Shown one piece after another: positions 1 to 12,576 of a DNA stretch of 64,000 bases. The notes under the pieces were generated by a model. It made no database searches and was not told the origin of the DNA. It saw only the letters and a list, made by a program, of their open reading frames with translations. Origin of the DNA: Fistulifera solaris (lineage: Eukaryota); the NCBI GenBank assembly GCA_030295235.1, contig AP026162.1:2604001-2668000 (forward strand), written 5' to 3'. The position numbers were made by a program, and so were the translations under genes. Position 1 is the stretch's first letter, and each line of letters starts with the position of its first letter.

Positions 1-57
1 ACAGATAACAACAATTTACGAGGAGGCAAACGGCGACGAACACCCATTCCGGCTCCG

Positions 58-1410
58 TTGCGGCAACCGTGGCTCCTTTTCTGTTGTCTGCTAGCTACGT
101 CGACGACGTCGGCATTTACACGGTCTTCGACAACAATATCAACAACTACTACTATTCTACAATCATCGACCAGTTTATCCGAAATATCTCTGGAAGAACG
201 AATTCATCATCAACGAACGAACGATTTGCGTTATCTGTTTCCGACGACTCAAGATCAACGTTACAAAACCAAGAAACTTACCGCAAATACCGCCAAAGAA
301 GAGCCGCCTACACAGAAACCGATTCTGTCATCACGCCGTTCGACAGTTCCCGAAATACAATCGCAACAACGACGAAAGCGACGAACGACTGCTTCCACCA
401 TTACGAAACCCCATCGCACGCACACCTTGTACGTGCAATCCCCCAATGTCCCCGATTCCATGATTCAATTGACCGACACCATACATGCAACGACCCGCTG
501 CATTACACACGAACAAGAAGTGGAATTGGGATACAAAACGCAAGCCGCCGTGCGGCTCCAACGACAATACGACTATTTGTTGGAAAAACTCCAACGCGAA
601 CCCACGGACGAAGAATGGTGTGCGGCGGCGGGGAAAATCAACATGGCGGCGATTCGAGAAACCCTCGAAGAAGGCAAGGCCGCCAAGGAACAATTGGTGA
701 CATCGAATTTGCGGCTCGTGCAATCGGTCGTCAATACGTATTTACGCAATGGGTTATCGGCCCAATACAATGCGGGTGATTTGATGCAAGAAGGGATTGT
801 TGCGCTGATCCGAGCGGCGGAAAAATTTGAACCACAACGGGGATGGAAATTCAGTACGTACGCCATGTATTGGGTCCGATCGTCGGTCAAACACAATCAA
901 TTGCAACAAGCCGATCTTATATGGGTGCCCCAACGCATTCAAGAACAATACAAAAAATTAAAAACGAAAGAACAGGAATTGACGACTCAATTACAAAGAA
1001 AACCGACGCGAGAAGAATTGGCCGAAGTGATGCAGTGTTCGGTGGAACAATTGGAACATTGTATTGTTTCGGTGGAACGAACCACGATTTCCTTGGATGC
1101 ACCCTTACCCAATCGTAAACAACCCTGGAAAGACGGAGCATCCGTGGCGTTGCAAGAATTGGTGGACATTCCGGACGCCGGCTCGTTGCGACAAGAACTA
1201 TGGGATACCTTGCATCGTTATTTGGATCCGCATCAAGTCGAATTACTGTTGTTAAGATACTGTGTCACACCGACGCAGAGCATTGCCGACATTGCCCGAC
1301 AAGTCGATATGACACCCGACAAGGTACGGCGGACGCTGCACCAAAGTCTGAAAATTTTGCGGAATGCGGAAGAAATGAAATACTTTCAGCAAGCTTTTTT
1401 GCATTATTGA
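58..1410 (+). CDS. Nucleus-encoded, plastid-targeted RNA polymerase sigma-70 factor (RpoD/SigA-like); the true ATG probably lies upstream of the window
   Basis: Region 2 motifs SNLRLVQSVV, DLMQEGIVALIRAAEKFEPQRGWKFSTYAMYWVR; region 3 RKPTREELAE/ISLDAP; region 4 HTH. Signal peptide followed by TSAF. The frame is open back to base 1 and the listed start is TTG. Confidence 0.93.
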   Translation: MRQPWLLFCCLLATSTTSAFTRSSTTISTTTTILQSSTSLSEISLEERIHHQRTNDLRYLFPTTQDQRYKTKKLTANTAKEEPPTQKPILSSRRSTVPEIQSQQRRKRRTTASTITKPHRTHTLYVQSPNVPDSMIQLTDTIHATTRCITHEQEVELGYKTQAAVRLQRQYDYLLEKLQREPTDEEWCAAAGKINMAAIRETLEEGKAAKEQLVTSNLRLVQSVVNTYLRNGLSAQYNAGDLMQEGIVALIRAAEKFEPQRGWKFSTYAMYWVRSSVKHNQLQQADLIWVPQRIQEQYKKLKTKEQELTTQLQRKPTREELAEVMQCSVEQLEHCIVSVERTTISLDAPLPNRKQPWKDGASVALQELVDIPDAGSLRQELWDTLHRYLDPHQVELLLLRYCVTPTQSIADIARQVDMTPDKVRRTLHQSLKILRNAEEMKYFQQAFLHY

Positions 1411-1534
1411 ACAAGCGTGTAAAAAACGATACCAAGTAATAGAAAAGCAATTACGAAATGTCAAGTAATGTACAGGAAAACGGAATAGGAAAGTTTCAAA
1501 CAAAGTTCTTTCAAAACAAAAGAATAAGTTCATT

Positions 1535-1937
1535 TCAGTAAGTTCTCAAGTAGCCCCATTCTCCGAATCCGCGTCGTCCAAGCGTCGTCGCTTCGGACTC
1601 GAACAGAACCCTGCTTCCGTTTTGATCGTACGATACAAGGTTCGGCAATAATTCACGAGCAACACCGGCGTCACACCAAACGGTAAAGTTGTTGTGAAAC
1701 ATTTGTTTCAATTGATCCGGATGCATTCATTTGTGACGATAATGGCAGCAGCCGACGAAGGCGTGTCGTCCTCGTCTTGCGGTTCATCCGTGGAAAACGC
1801 CAACGGAATTGAATGTGCAAGCAACATCGAATGATGCCAAAATGGGGCAAAAAGGCCCGCAAGGAAGACGAATTTCCGGCGCGGGCATTTTCGACGACGA
1901 TGCGAGCAAAACCATCGACTACTTCGAATGTCGTCAT
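1535..1937 (-). CDS. Small hypothetical protein, apparently split by frameshifts
   Basis: Overlapping minus-strand ORFs (MTTFEVVDGFAR..., ...PDQLKQMFHNNFTVWCDAG...GFGEWGYLRTY) with protein-like composition; no recognised domain. Confidence 0.35.
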
Positions 1938-2190
1938 TTGTTCGAGAATGATGAATGCACGAGAGGAGGAGGATTTTCGTTTTGTTATGTTTTTTTGCAA
2001 GGTTTTGGCATTGCGCCTTGTGATGGGCGAAGAATATGTGGAACGGCGTTATCAAAAAGCGCGCCATAACGCGGGTTAGCCCAATAATCTCTATGTATTT
2101 TTATGAACGGAATAGATACTTATTAAAAAAACAAGATACGGAGTATTGTACTCTCGTACTACGGAGTAAAAAACAGTCACCTGATTAAGA

Positions 2191-3129
2191 CTGGAAGATC
2201 CGGAATCGTGAATGAAAACCACGATGTCGCAGTCACGAGTAACGTAAACGATGGAACCACACGCAAGCCGACCCTTTAACTCTAGAAAAGGATTCCTTGG
2301 CCGGCTACTTTCCCCAATGGTGAAACAGCTTTCTCATTACTTTCCCCAATTGGGGAAAGTGCGAGAGTGCACTTTCCCCAATTTGCACTTTCCCAATGCA
2401 ACTTTCCCCAGTTGGGGAAAGTGTCGCGACTTTTACGCAATCGCCAAAATAATTCTTCGGGCTTTGGGGCGACTGTTCACCCATCTCAGAGAACATGACA
2501 ATTGTTATCATTGCAGATACCTTCAACAACAATGTTGATTTTCAAGTATGATGAGGTTTCGGGTAGAGGAACCAGCCACGGAAGCGACGGCAACCGAAGA
2601 CGCACCGTTGAGCGGTGTGAAGCGCAACCTTGCCAAATCAAGTGAAGCAAGCCAGGGCAGGGAATGGCGGCATGGACGAGAAGAAGAAGCCAGCTGATGA
2701 AAAGACCACAAGGTTAAGGCATATTATTACTTTGATGTTATCTATGTAAACGGTAGTTGTTGTTTATTATTATTCATTCCTTTCCTCCGGCACTTAAAGG
2801 CGACGTTGTTTGCGTAAACGTTGAAGCACGCTACGACCTTTCCCCAATTCTCACTTTCCCCAATTGCACTTTCCCCAATTGGGTAAAGTGTGTGACACTT
2901 TCCCCAACTAGCGAGACACTTTCCCCAGTGCAACTTTCCCCAATTGGGGAAAGTGCGAGACACTTTCCCCCGATTGGCGCAAGCCGTGCTTATCATCATC
3001 AAACCTGTTTTGGGTGAGGATTTTTCAAATCGCTGATAAGGAGCACGGTCGGCGTTTCATGATGACGAAATCGCCAATGCCGAATTCAGCCAAACAGGAC
3101 TGATTTAGTCACGGTTCCGGATCTTCCTG
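2191..3129. mobile_element. Non-autonomous TIR DNA element with internal ACTTTCCCCAA repeat arrays
   Basis: Imperfect TIR: left ctggaagatccggaatcgtga, right (reverse complement) caggaagatccggaaccgtga. Arrays of actttccccaa and the palindrome tttccccaattggggaaa at about 2305-2420 and 2838-2970. No TSD seen. Confidence 0.7.
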
Positions 3130-3728
3130 ACCCTCTTCAACTATGATGTCCAGCATGTTTGCTGATGCTTCGGCCTTGAATCAGGACACTGAAACTGGAA
3201 TACGAAAAAGGTAATCGACATGACTGGTATCTTTGAAACTGAAGAGAAGCCCGGCGAGAGAGGGAGATTTTGTTTGGCCCGGCAAAGAATGAAGCTTCGA
3301 GAAACATGGTTTCATTGCTAGTAAGAACTCTAGCAGTATCCCTGTCACCAATGTCATGGCGGTAGCCTAATTAAATATGGAAAACATGTTGGTGACGCTC
3401 GATGTATCCCAATCGCCAATGTTTTGATAAAAGTCAGACGTACCAAAAACCAAGAAACTCATATCTGTGACGGCCGACGTATCCCAGTCACTGATACCTT
3501 CGTTAAAGTCGGTCATGTCAAAGAGGTCTCTGAAATCGTTAACTCGTGAAACATCCCAGAAGTTGGATGGAGGCCCGGCGGGTGCTAGTGCAGTATGAGT
3601 TCATCAACAGCGTCCTTGGGATTGGTTCGGTTGGTGAAGACTTTTCCACAGGAATCATGACGAACAAAACGCCGAAGAAATTGATCGTTTCGTGTTAGGA
3701 AAGAGAATGGGGATGACGAAGCTTTCAT
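3130..3728 (-). pseudogene. DUF285/BspA-like repeat protein pseudogene, paralog of 23112-23827
   Basis: MKASSSP...DSCGKVFTNRT, then [42 protein letters not shown], with frameshifts and an in-frame TAG; 3' end abuts a TIR element. Confidence 0.85.
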
Positions 3729-3800
3729 TCTAAGGCGTCTGGTTTGATTTTGTGCGATGATGTTTGTTTGTGAAGATTTTCTGCGAATAAGATACAAGTA

Positions 3801-5383
3801 CTGGGCACGGCGTTAAAAATTCCCCCGCCTTGCTGTCACTCCTTGTCGGGAAGACCTTTTCGATTAGGGTTTTTCATTTCCGTTGCACAGTCTCTCACCG
3901 TGCGGAATTTTGTAGCGGCTGTGTTACTACGTAAAAAAGACCTCGTGACTTCGTCTCCAAAGGGGTTTAACTTAATAAGTCTATATAACTTGGTAAGGCG
4001 TTTCTTATTAAGTGCAATATTTGTCCTGTACTACGTAGCTTTTACTGTGTTATCGTGGCACATCTCGCTCTATAGTCTCTCCAGTTGCTGTTTCAACGGC
4101 TCGCCAACAGATTGCATGTGGCACTCGCCAATACCGGTCTTTCCAAATCTACGATTGAAGGCCCGATAATGCAAACTACGTTTAGCTCAAGAATGTGCGA
4201 CTTCCCCACTGTTCCCCATCTTTCCCCGCCCTTCCCCAACTTTCCCCGCCGTTCCCCCAACTTTCCCCGCCATTCCCCAACTTTCCCCGCCATTCCCCGT
4301 ACTTCCCCAGATTTCTTGCATTAGCTGAAAATTTCCTGAAATATATCCACCGGCCGTGTCTGAATCAGATAGGAGCCCCTCTGTTCGCATGATTCACATG
4401 TTTGACCTGGCAGCGGTTCGGTGTTCAGTGGATTTCATCCATTGTCCATTGGGTCAGTTGTGTTTCTCTAACTTGTATTAGGGATTCGGTTCTCTTGTAG
4501 GGATAGGACGTAAGCATAGTAAATTCTAGAGCCATTTTTTTATCCGTGAATTACCGGTCACGAATTGGCGATTGGGGTCTGTTTTACCTTGAAAATGACA
4601 AGTAAACTAGTGCTGTTCCGATAGCGGAAGACTGACTCGAGTAAGTGCCCAGCTCGTCCGCCCACGGATAGTCCTTACCCTAGCGGAGCTCCAAAGCTGA
4701 TTCTAAAGTACCAGCTATGCCCTATGGTCGCGATGTACAGGTACCAATACTACGTAGTCTGTATCTTTTCAATTTGTTCAAATTTGAGACTTGGAAAAGA
4801 TCTCTTTATTCACATAGGACAAGGTAAAAACGACCTGACATACCTTTTATACTTCCCCGGAAATCCCCTATAATCCCCGAGATTCTCGGGGATTCTCGGG
4901 GATTCCCGGGGATTCCCCTAACTTTCCCCAACTTTCCCCACCATTCCCCAACTTTCCCCATCTTTCCCCGGAATTCTGAGGTTGAGCTAAACGTAATTTA
5001 CACCGAGGTAAATTCACTTAAACATAGATTTTTGCGATGCGACAGGCAAAAAAGCGTTTTGGTAACGAGTGCCACATGCAATCCGTTGGCGAGCCGTTGA
5101 AACACCAGCTGGAGAGACTATAGAGCGAGATGTGCCACGATGCTACAGTAAAAGCTACAGGACAAATATTGAATATAATAGGAAACGCCTTACTAAGTTA
5201 TATAGACTTATTAAGTAGAACCACTTTGGTTACGAAGTGCGAGGTCTTTTTACGTAGTAACACAGCCGCTACAAAATTCCGCACGGTGAGAGACTGTGCG
5301 ACAGAAAAGAAAAACCCTAATCGAAAAGGTCTTTCCCGACAAGGAGTGACAGCAAGGCGGGGAATTTTTAACGCCGTGCCCTG
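3801..5383. mobile_element. Non-autonomous DNA transposon with about 320-bp terminal inverted repeats
   Basis: 3801-~4127 is the reverse complement of ~5066-5383 (gggcacggcgttaaaaattccc...). Internal ctttcccc arrays at 4200-4310 and 4850-4970. Absent from the paralogous promoter at 23040-23065. Confidence 0.88.
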
Positions 5384-5546
5384 ATGTACGAAATCGAGGC
5401 CTCATTTTTTGGCGGCGGGCTGTGAGCCGTCAGACGTGGCAGCACGCTGACTTCACATGTTACAAGTTACAAGACAGTGAAATGTTTCCTGTGAATCGAT
5501 TTACCTTTTACCACGACTGATGTCATGTTCTGCCCGCAAGTCGCAA

Positions 5547-5738
5547 TCTATTTATCTACTCCGTATTTATAATAGCGCGCTGTGTCCGTGTGTGTGTCAC
5601 GTAACGTAACGCTGGTCCCGGGTGTCCGAATCACGGGTGTGACGCTATCCCTGGGGATCGAGCCCCCCGCTTGCGGGAAGGGCGAGAACGAAAAAAGCCC
5701 CCTGCAGGCCGTAGGGGCTAGACGCCGAAGGCGGCTAG
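5547..5738 (+). mobile_element. Short non-autonomous Helitron-like element, copy 1
   Basis: 5' a|TCTATT...ataatagcgcgc, (GT)n tract, 3' hairpin gccg-aagg-cggc ending CTAG|t. Second copy at 41861-42023. Absent from the paralog near 22870. Confidence 0.8.
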
Positions 5739-6127
5739 TAGTAATAATTCAGAAAGATCCCTGATGTCTTTTTCACGTAAAAAAGTAGAGTGCTGGCAAT
5801 GGTATCCTCCGAAATTGGAGAAAAATTTCACTACATCATGCCCCATAGTCAAACCATCCATTTTTGTTTTCGCACTTCGCACTTTACACTGTTGCACTTT
5901 GCACGAAGGACATTCCATACACAGCGCTCTTTGGACAAAAGCAGCACCCGCAACCGCTGCGAAACGGCGTCAATATTCTTTTATCGTAGATGCTACGTAG
6001 ATTCTGTACAAGAGACAAAAAATGTGAGATGAGTAAACATAAGAAATAACGACGACGAAGAACAGGATCGAGACTCGAGAATCATCCAGATCGCAACAAT
6101 ATCCGTTCAAGGCTCATTCTGTAAACT

Positions 6128-6506
6128 ATGAGATCTTTCATTTACCTTATCACGCGATTCTTCATCTTTTTGGCATGCAGCCGCTGCACTGCGCAGGCCT
6201 TGTTGTTCGGCCTTTGTGCGAATCGAGATTGCTCTGCCGAATGCACCACCTTTGGTCAATCTTGTGGAACCCAAGGAGGCCTGTGTTTCCCCCGATCGCA
6301 AGATAAGGACTGTCTGGTCTGCGCATTGGATGATTTCATCTCTTTCGAGTGTCGCACCGATTTCATTTGCTCGTCACGGTAAGTGGTTGCCGTCTTCCAA
6401 TGTGCGACCTGATATACGTCCCACCACTTGTTTCTTTAGAAAAGTATGCGTGTTGCCTTATCCGGATACTCCGGAAGGATCGGGAAGCTGCTATACGAAA
6501 GCATAA
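6128..6506 (+). CDS. Small secreted Cys-rich protein, subfamily A (copy A1); intron 6379-6439
   Basis: Signal peptide, 11 Cys in the predicted mature region, GTAAG...TTTAG intron; exon 2 KVCVLPYPDTPEGSGSCYTKA; three paralogs in the window. Confidence 0.85.
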
Positions 6507-7351
6507 TAGGAATTGCAATGGAGTGAGGGAAGATGACGCAATATTATGATGTTTTGCACAACTCATGATAACACGACTTTTCCATGATACTCGTAAAATA
6601 ATTGTTTGTAACCTTATAGGAACCATTCTTGGTGAAACAGTCGATTGGAATTCATACTATAGCGCCGAAGATAATTTGTGAACGGCGACCCGCTGATACG
6701 AATGATGGAGGTTGCCGTAAGAGAATAACTTATGCTATATTTGTTGATTGCTCGTACCAAATGATAGAACAAGTAGCGAATGAACGAGTCAGCAAATGCG
6801 TACCAGGTATAGGATCGAAGATAAACGAGCGTCTGTTAAGTACGTTCATGCATTAATTAATTTCGATTTACGAAGTAGATTTGTCCGCACTCTTTTCAAA
6901 TTGAGTCGCATTGCTTGGGGAGGATCCTGCGCCGAACGTTGGCACGAATGACCGTTTTATGAGACGCAGCCGCTTTTATTGTCGATAATAGATACTCGAT
7001 CTGTATTACAGGTACGTTAATAATAAGCAATGAATGAATCGCTATTGACTCATAAATTGAGTCCCGAGACTGACACACGTCAGGTGACAGTCAGACCGCG
7101 TACGTACGTTGTTCAACGTGGAGGCGACGAACCGATGATGATTTTTGTTTTTGATTTTGCAACAATCAAACAACTCACTCACATCGATCCCCATTATATT
7201 ATATATATTGTTATCGGATTGTTACGACCCAAGTGTCAACAATCGCTTCTTCTTTACCTTTTCCTCGTTTTGCGACACGCTAACGAAGTTTTTCCAGAAA
7301 ACAGCAATATACTTACCGACTGTAATTCCTTCCTCTTCGATCTGTTTCCTC

Positions 7352-8670
7352 ATGAAAGTAGTAACGGCTTTTCTGTTTATCTCCGGCGTGCAAGCCTTTA
7401 CACCGCCGTTGCATCGTGTGAGTCATCCGACTACAACCACAGCGCGCTCCTTTGCCCCTTTGGACGCTTTCTCGGATTTACCGCAACAGATTAGCTCGAT
7501 GCAAGATGCCTTCGTGTCGTCCTCCACATTCTTGGCGGATGCTGCTGCCGAAGCCGCCACCGAAGTCGCCAAAAACGACAATGGCTGGTTCGGTTTCTTG
7601 ACGGGCCCCATTATGTTCTTACTGCAACTCATTCATGCCGGACTCGTTGCTGTAGGAGTCAGTTCGAATGCTTGGGGTGTCAGTATTATTGCCATTACCC
7701 TTCTAATTAAAGCCGTGACGTTTCCTTTGACGAAAACACAACTGGAAAGTACCAACAAGATGCAAGCGATGCAACCCGCCATTAAAGAATTGCAAGCGAA
7801 ATATCAATCCAATCCGGAAGTTATGAATCAAAAAATTGCCGAATTCTATCAATCCAACGACATTAATCCACTCGCAGGGTGTTTGCCGAGTTTGGCGCAA
7901 ATTCCCATCTTCATTGGTCTGTATCGAGCCGTCTTGGATTTGGCACAAGAAAATAAGCTCAATGAACCCTTTTGTGGTTGCCCAATTTGGAAGGTCCGAC
8001 GTATGGTGCGGATCCGACGTCCGGATCGGATTGGCTCTTCAAGGGATGGTGCGTCTGAAAAACGAAACAATTGCAGTATGTTTGGGTATGTGATAATGCT
8101 CACTTGTATTTTACTTTCAACAGGACCAACGGAGTTCCATCGCTGGGTTGGGATGATACCATTTCCTTTTGATTCTACCGGTATTGTTGGTGGTTTCGCA
8201 ATTTGTCAGTATGGAACTGATGCAACCCAAAACGACGGACTCGGCCCAACAACAGAGCAATGCCATCCTCAAAGCCTTGCCCCTCATGATTGGTTGGTTC
8301 AGTTTGAATGTGCCGGCCGCTTTGTGTGTGTATTGGTTTGTCAACAATGTCATTACGACCGGTCTTTCCTTATTCATTCGGAGTACGATGCCACCCCCGG
8401 CGGCCATGGAATTGAATACAGGCAGTAGTAGTACTACAAGTAAAGCCGCCATCTTTACGCCTCCGCGGGAAAAAACCGAGTGGATTTGGGACGCCCACGG
8501 AAAGCAGCAGCAGTGGCATCAAGACTTTGACCAAACAAGCCATTGTTGATGCGGAAGTCGTAGAAAAGAGTAGCAGTGACGACGACGAGGATAGTAGTAG
8601 CGAAGCTGCCACGGAAGAACCCAACAGTAACAGCACTAACAAGAAACGTGGCAAGAAGAAAAAGAATTAA
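7352..8670 (+). CDS. ALB3: Plastid Alb3/YidC/Oxa1 membrane protein insertase; intron 8049-8123; probable artefactual frameshifts
   Basis: WGVSIIAITLLIKAVTFPLTKTQLESTNKMQAMQP...INPLAGCLPSLAQIPIFIGLY; LPLMIGWFSLNVPAALCVYWFVNN; presequence MKVVTAFLFISGVQAF; basic C-terminus. Confidence 0.92.
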
Positions 8671-8842
8671 ACACCCAGCAAATCATCACTGACCCACATT
8701 GCTCGCAATCCATTACTCCAATTACAATCCCCGGCGGTGCAACGTAGGTAAAATACTCATTATTAAAGCGGAATGATAATACATCACAAAGAGTGAGTGG
8801 TCTTATAGCCTAGAATGAAATTTACAACTCGTCCTTCTTCAA

Positions 8843-9231
8843 CTACTTTTTCGTATTCTTCTTCTGTTTTCGTTCGTCATAATCATCGGGTTTCGGCATG
8901 GGATTTTGTTCCAAATGGACATTCCACGATGAACTACTCGTTGAGGTCATTCGACTGACATTAAATTGTTGCAATTGATCCAATCCTTTGATGGCAATCG
9001 AAATTTGTTGCTCAATTTTGTGCGGATCTTGTTCGTTTTGATAAAAGCGAAAATCCTCCCGAATCGCTTGATGTATTGAATCGCGTTTGCGGGATGGAAA
9101 TCTGGATAAGTGTGAGCGAAGAAAGGAGGAGGAGAAGAAGAAAGAACAATCCTACGAACGTACGTTTGACACGAACGCAACAATTTGCGATACAAATGCA
9201 ATAAAGATTGTTGTGTCGATGTGGCGGACAT
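8843..9231 (-). CDS. LYR-motif (Complex1_LYR) small protein, probably mitochondrial; intron 9102-9163
   Basis: Spliced product LLHLYRKLLRSCQTFPSRKRDSIHQAIREDFR...AIKGLDQL. Confidence 0.8.
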
Positions 9232-9394
9232 TCTATCGTGCTAACAAATGAATTGGTGGTTGATGGAATGAATAAAGTGAAGAACGTTGTTGAGACGAAA
9301 TTGAAAACGCTTAAATATATATAACACACATTAAAACATCGTTTCATGAGATTAGCGAAAGAATGAATGGGACGATGACAAAACGCAATCGCGC

Positions 9395-10210
9395 AGGTCT
9401 ACCTATCCAAGCACTTCCCCAGAAGTGTGACGGATGCAACAAACCCTTCTCGGTAGAACACGCTCAAACATGCAAACACGGCGGTCTTGTCATCCTTCGA
9501 CATGACGATGTCAAAAACGAATTCATGTCTCTTTGTGCGCAGGCGTACGGCCCAAAAGCAGTACGCAACGAACCGACAATCCACACTTACAGCACTGACA
9601 ATTGGAATGCACAAAAGAACAAGAACTTCGCGGTGACATTTCTACTTACGGTTTCTGGAGCGATCGGAAAACAACCATCTTTGACGTCCGCGTTACCGAC
9701 ACTGACGCCCCTTCGCACAAGAATCGCGAGCCAATGAACGTTCTTGCTTCCCAAGAACTCGAGAAACGAAGACTTTACGGTAAGCCCTGTATGGACCGCC
9801 GCCGTGATTTCACGCCTCTTGTTTTTTCTGTCGACGGGCTCATGGGTAAACAAGCTGTTGCGGCCTCACGCCAGCTTGCAAGAAAGCTGCAAAAGAAATG
9901 GAAGAGACCGTACTCAGAAATTTGTGGGTTTATCCGATCTCGTTTGAGTCTCTCGTTGGTTCGATCGGTGAGCATGCTATTGCGAAATCCGAGAGATGGC
10001 GCGCCACAGCGCAATCCTCCGCACTGGGAAACCGGCGCAGGTTTGTCGCTTTACTACTAACTGTGGTACAGTGATTCAGAAATTGGAGTTTCTGAAAGAA
10101 AGAAAAAACAATATTTGTGCCAAAAGAGAAAAACCAGTGGAAAATTCAGTCAAATGTCGAAAAAGCATCCGCATTTCAGGAAAATTAGGAATAAATATTT
10201 AGGATTTTAT
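9395..10210 (+). mobile_element. 5'-truncated CRE-like non-LTR retrotransposon fragment (CCHC knuckle, restriction-like endonuclease, 3' UTR)
   Basis: CDGC...EHAQTCKHGG...RHD, RGDISTYGFW...FDVRVTD, EKRRLY, FTPLVFSVDGLMG; no RT portion; one frameshift near 9600. Confidence 0.8.
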
Positions 10211-10366
10211 TATACAACTTAAAAATCAAAAAGGAGTGCGCGTTCGTTGCGCCTAAGGTTGGTGATAAGGCAGTGACGTCATTCATCGTTCCTGGCTAGA
10301 GGGATCAAAGAAAACCAATGAAGTTGGGCCTTCCCAGTCCCATCGAACCATTTCGGCACTTTTTTC

Positions 10367-12576
10367 TCATTCCACATGAACTTGATGGAGATCCGTATGC
10401 AATTGCTGTATACTTTTTTGTAATTGGTGCCATTCTGTCTTGGAAAGCGTACATCCGTTACCACATTTCTCCGTGACACCCCGAAACGTCATTTGCAAAT
10501 TCCAAATTTGCGATTCAATGTGAGACGGCAATGCTTCATGTTCATTCCACGTAGTCGTTGTGTCATGGAAGGTGGGTGAAGTCGTTCCTTCCTCCTCCTG
10601 CTGATGTTTGGATCGTGTCACGGATGCCGTCGTTGCTTCAGACGAGTTTGAATTCGAAGCGTTGGAGGATCCCGACGACGACAACAGTTGACTCATGATT
10701 ACGGTTTGTCCACTCCACGCCCGATGTATTTTTGGCCACACCAATAACACTAAAACTGTCAAAGCAATTCCAATCGAAACAATCGATTGCAACAAGACGA
10801 CGGCACTCGGTGACGTATTGGGGTCATCAATGACTTGCGCGACGGCCATCGACATGGCCGTGATAATAGCCGAAATGGTGGCGGCATGAAAAATGGGATC
10901 TTTTCATTGAAACAAAAGGGTAAATCACGGGACAACCAGGCCAGAATGACGGCCAACAGATACAAACCACAAGAAATACCGGTTCCCACCAATGTGATCC
11001 AGTGATCGACATTGCCACAAACGACGCGTCCGGCGGTACCCAATTCGTTGAGTTCTGTGACCAATCGGGCATTGTCGTGGAGCGCAGCATAAATTTGTAA
11101 GGCGACTTGAGGTGCGATCAACATCCCGATCAAACACCACGTTTCTGTGGCGGTTACGGCACTGCGAATGGATTTCCGGGGTCCCTTGCTTTTACTGTTT
11201 TTGGAAGAATGACACGATGACCACAGCGAATACGGAATGCGTGCCAAGGCATCCAAACATCCCACTACGTACGTATCGAGCCATGGTTGGGATTCGGACG
11301 AACGTCCCAGACGTTGGACCGCCGACAACGTCCCGTACACGCGCCACACGCGTCCCACCAAGACAGCTGCCACCAGAGCAATGGGCAATTGCACCAAGGG
11401 TCCTCGTAATTGACAATATTCGTCTTTCGTCGGAAGATGCGTAAACGAAAACACAATTTGCACCAAACACGCGGCCGCCATGAGAGCCAAGAAGGGTGCT
11501 TGCGCCAATCGCATCATGGCGTGTTGTCGATACACAACAATGGCCCCGAAACAAACGAAAGCAAACATTCCGGCGACCGCAATCACGACCGCCAACACAA
11601 TTTTCGTGCGATTTCCGACGACGGCAATCTCCGGAGGTGGTGACACGTACACGACTTTGGATGGTACCGTTTGTGCCACATCCAATCGCACTTGTTCTCC
11701 TTCCGCAGTGAGTCCTAGAGGAACAACCGCTTGTCCCAATAACACAAAGGGCCGGGCGCCCATTTTTTCATAGATCGAATTGTCGTTTGTGGGCAACGGA
11801 AATTCAATCGTAATCGGAATGGTCGTACGATACAATGTGGTAGTATTCTGTCGTCGCAATTTCCATTTGCACCATCGTCCGTAATAATAATCTTCACCCA
11901 TAAGGGTCAATCCATTCAAAGTGACATTGGGATTGTACACCCACTTGTCGGCGGTTTCGGGGAATTCCGCTACCGGTTCTCCTGGCAAGGGTTGATCCGC
12001 TTGCGCACGGGTCAGAACGGCATCTTCGGAACGCGTATCGCGAATCGGATCACACCATCCTTGCAACGCATCACACAAATGGAGTCGAAAATAAATTTCC
12101 CAAATATCCGGCAATGTCTTGTTTTGTAAAGGAATGGTGACTTGGGCAAAATCCATTTCCAAATCCATTCCGACCGTATAAGGACGTCCGAGAAACAATT
12201 GCGGTTCCTGTTCGAGGTCGTACGAATTCACCGACAGCATTGTGCCGGCAAAACATTCCGGCAACAGTTGCGATTCATCCGACAAGGCAAACATTTCTTC
12301 ATTGCTGCTCTCAATGAGATTGGATTTTTGGGATTCTTGCGCCGAAGAATTCCACGTCGTTTGCCAACACATGGTGGCATTGCCCCCTTGATCGTACCCA
12401 TTGCGGGTTCCAAATAGTACTGTAGTGTTGTTGTTGCTTTGCAAAGATCGGTGCGGAGCGACTTGTTGCGACAAAGCCGACACGGCGTTTTGCGTACAAC
12501 AACAACAGCAGACGAGAAGGAAGAAGGATGCTGCATCTATCATTCTTCGGCTGAGTGAAGTTGATTCCAGGTTCAT
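10367..12576 (-). CDS. Class C (GABA-B-like, 7tm_3) G-protein-coupled receptor-like protein; frameshift near 10910
   Basis: Signal peptide, extracellular domain, multiple TM helices with MRLAQAPFL, GRVWRVY and LAWLSRDLPFCFNEK; the last TM (LLVWPKIHR) lies in ORF 10367-10855. Confidence 0.82.

Noticed and set aside
58..1410. Sigma factor as bacterial contamination
   Set aside because: It has a bipartite plastid presequence and sits among intron-containing genes; nuclear plastid sigma factors are normal in algae.
2305..4970. ACTTTCCCCAA repeats as a CRISPR array
   Set aside because: Repeats are short and irregularly spaced, there are no unique spacers or cas genes, the context is eukaryotic, and they lie inside TIR elements.
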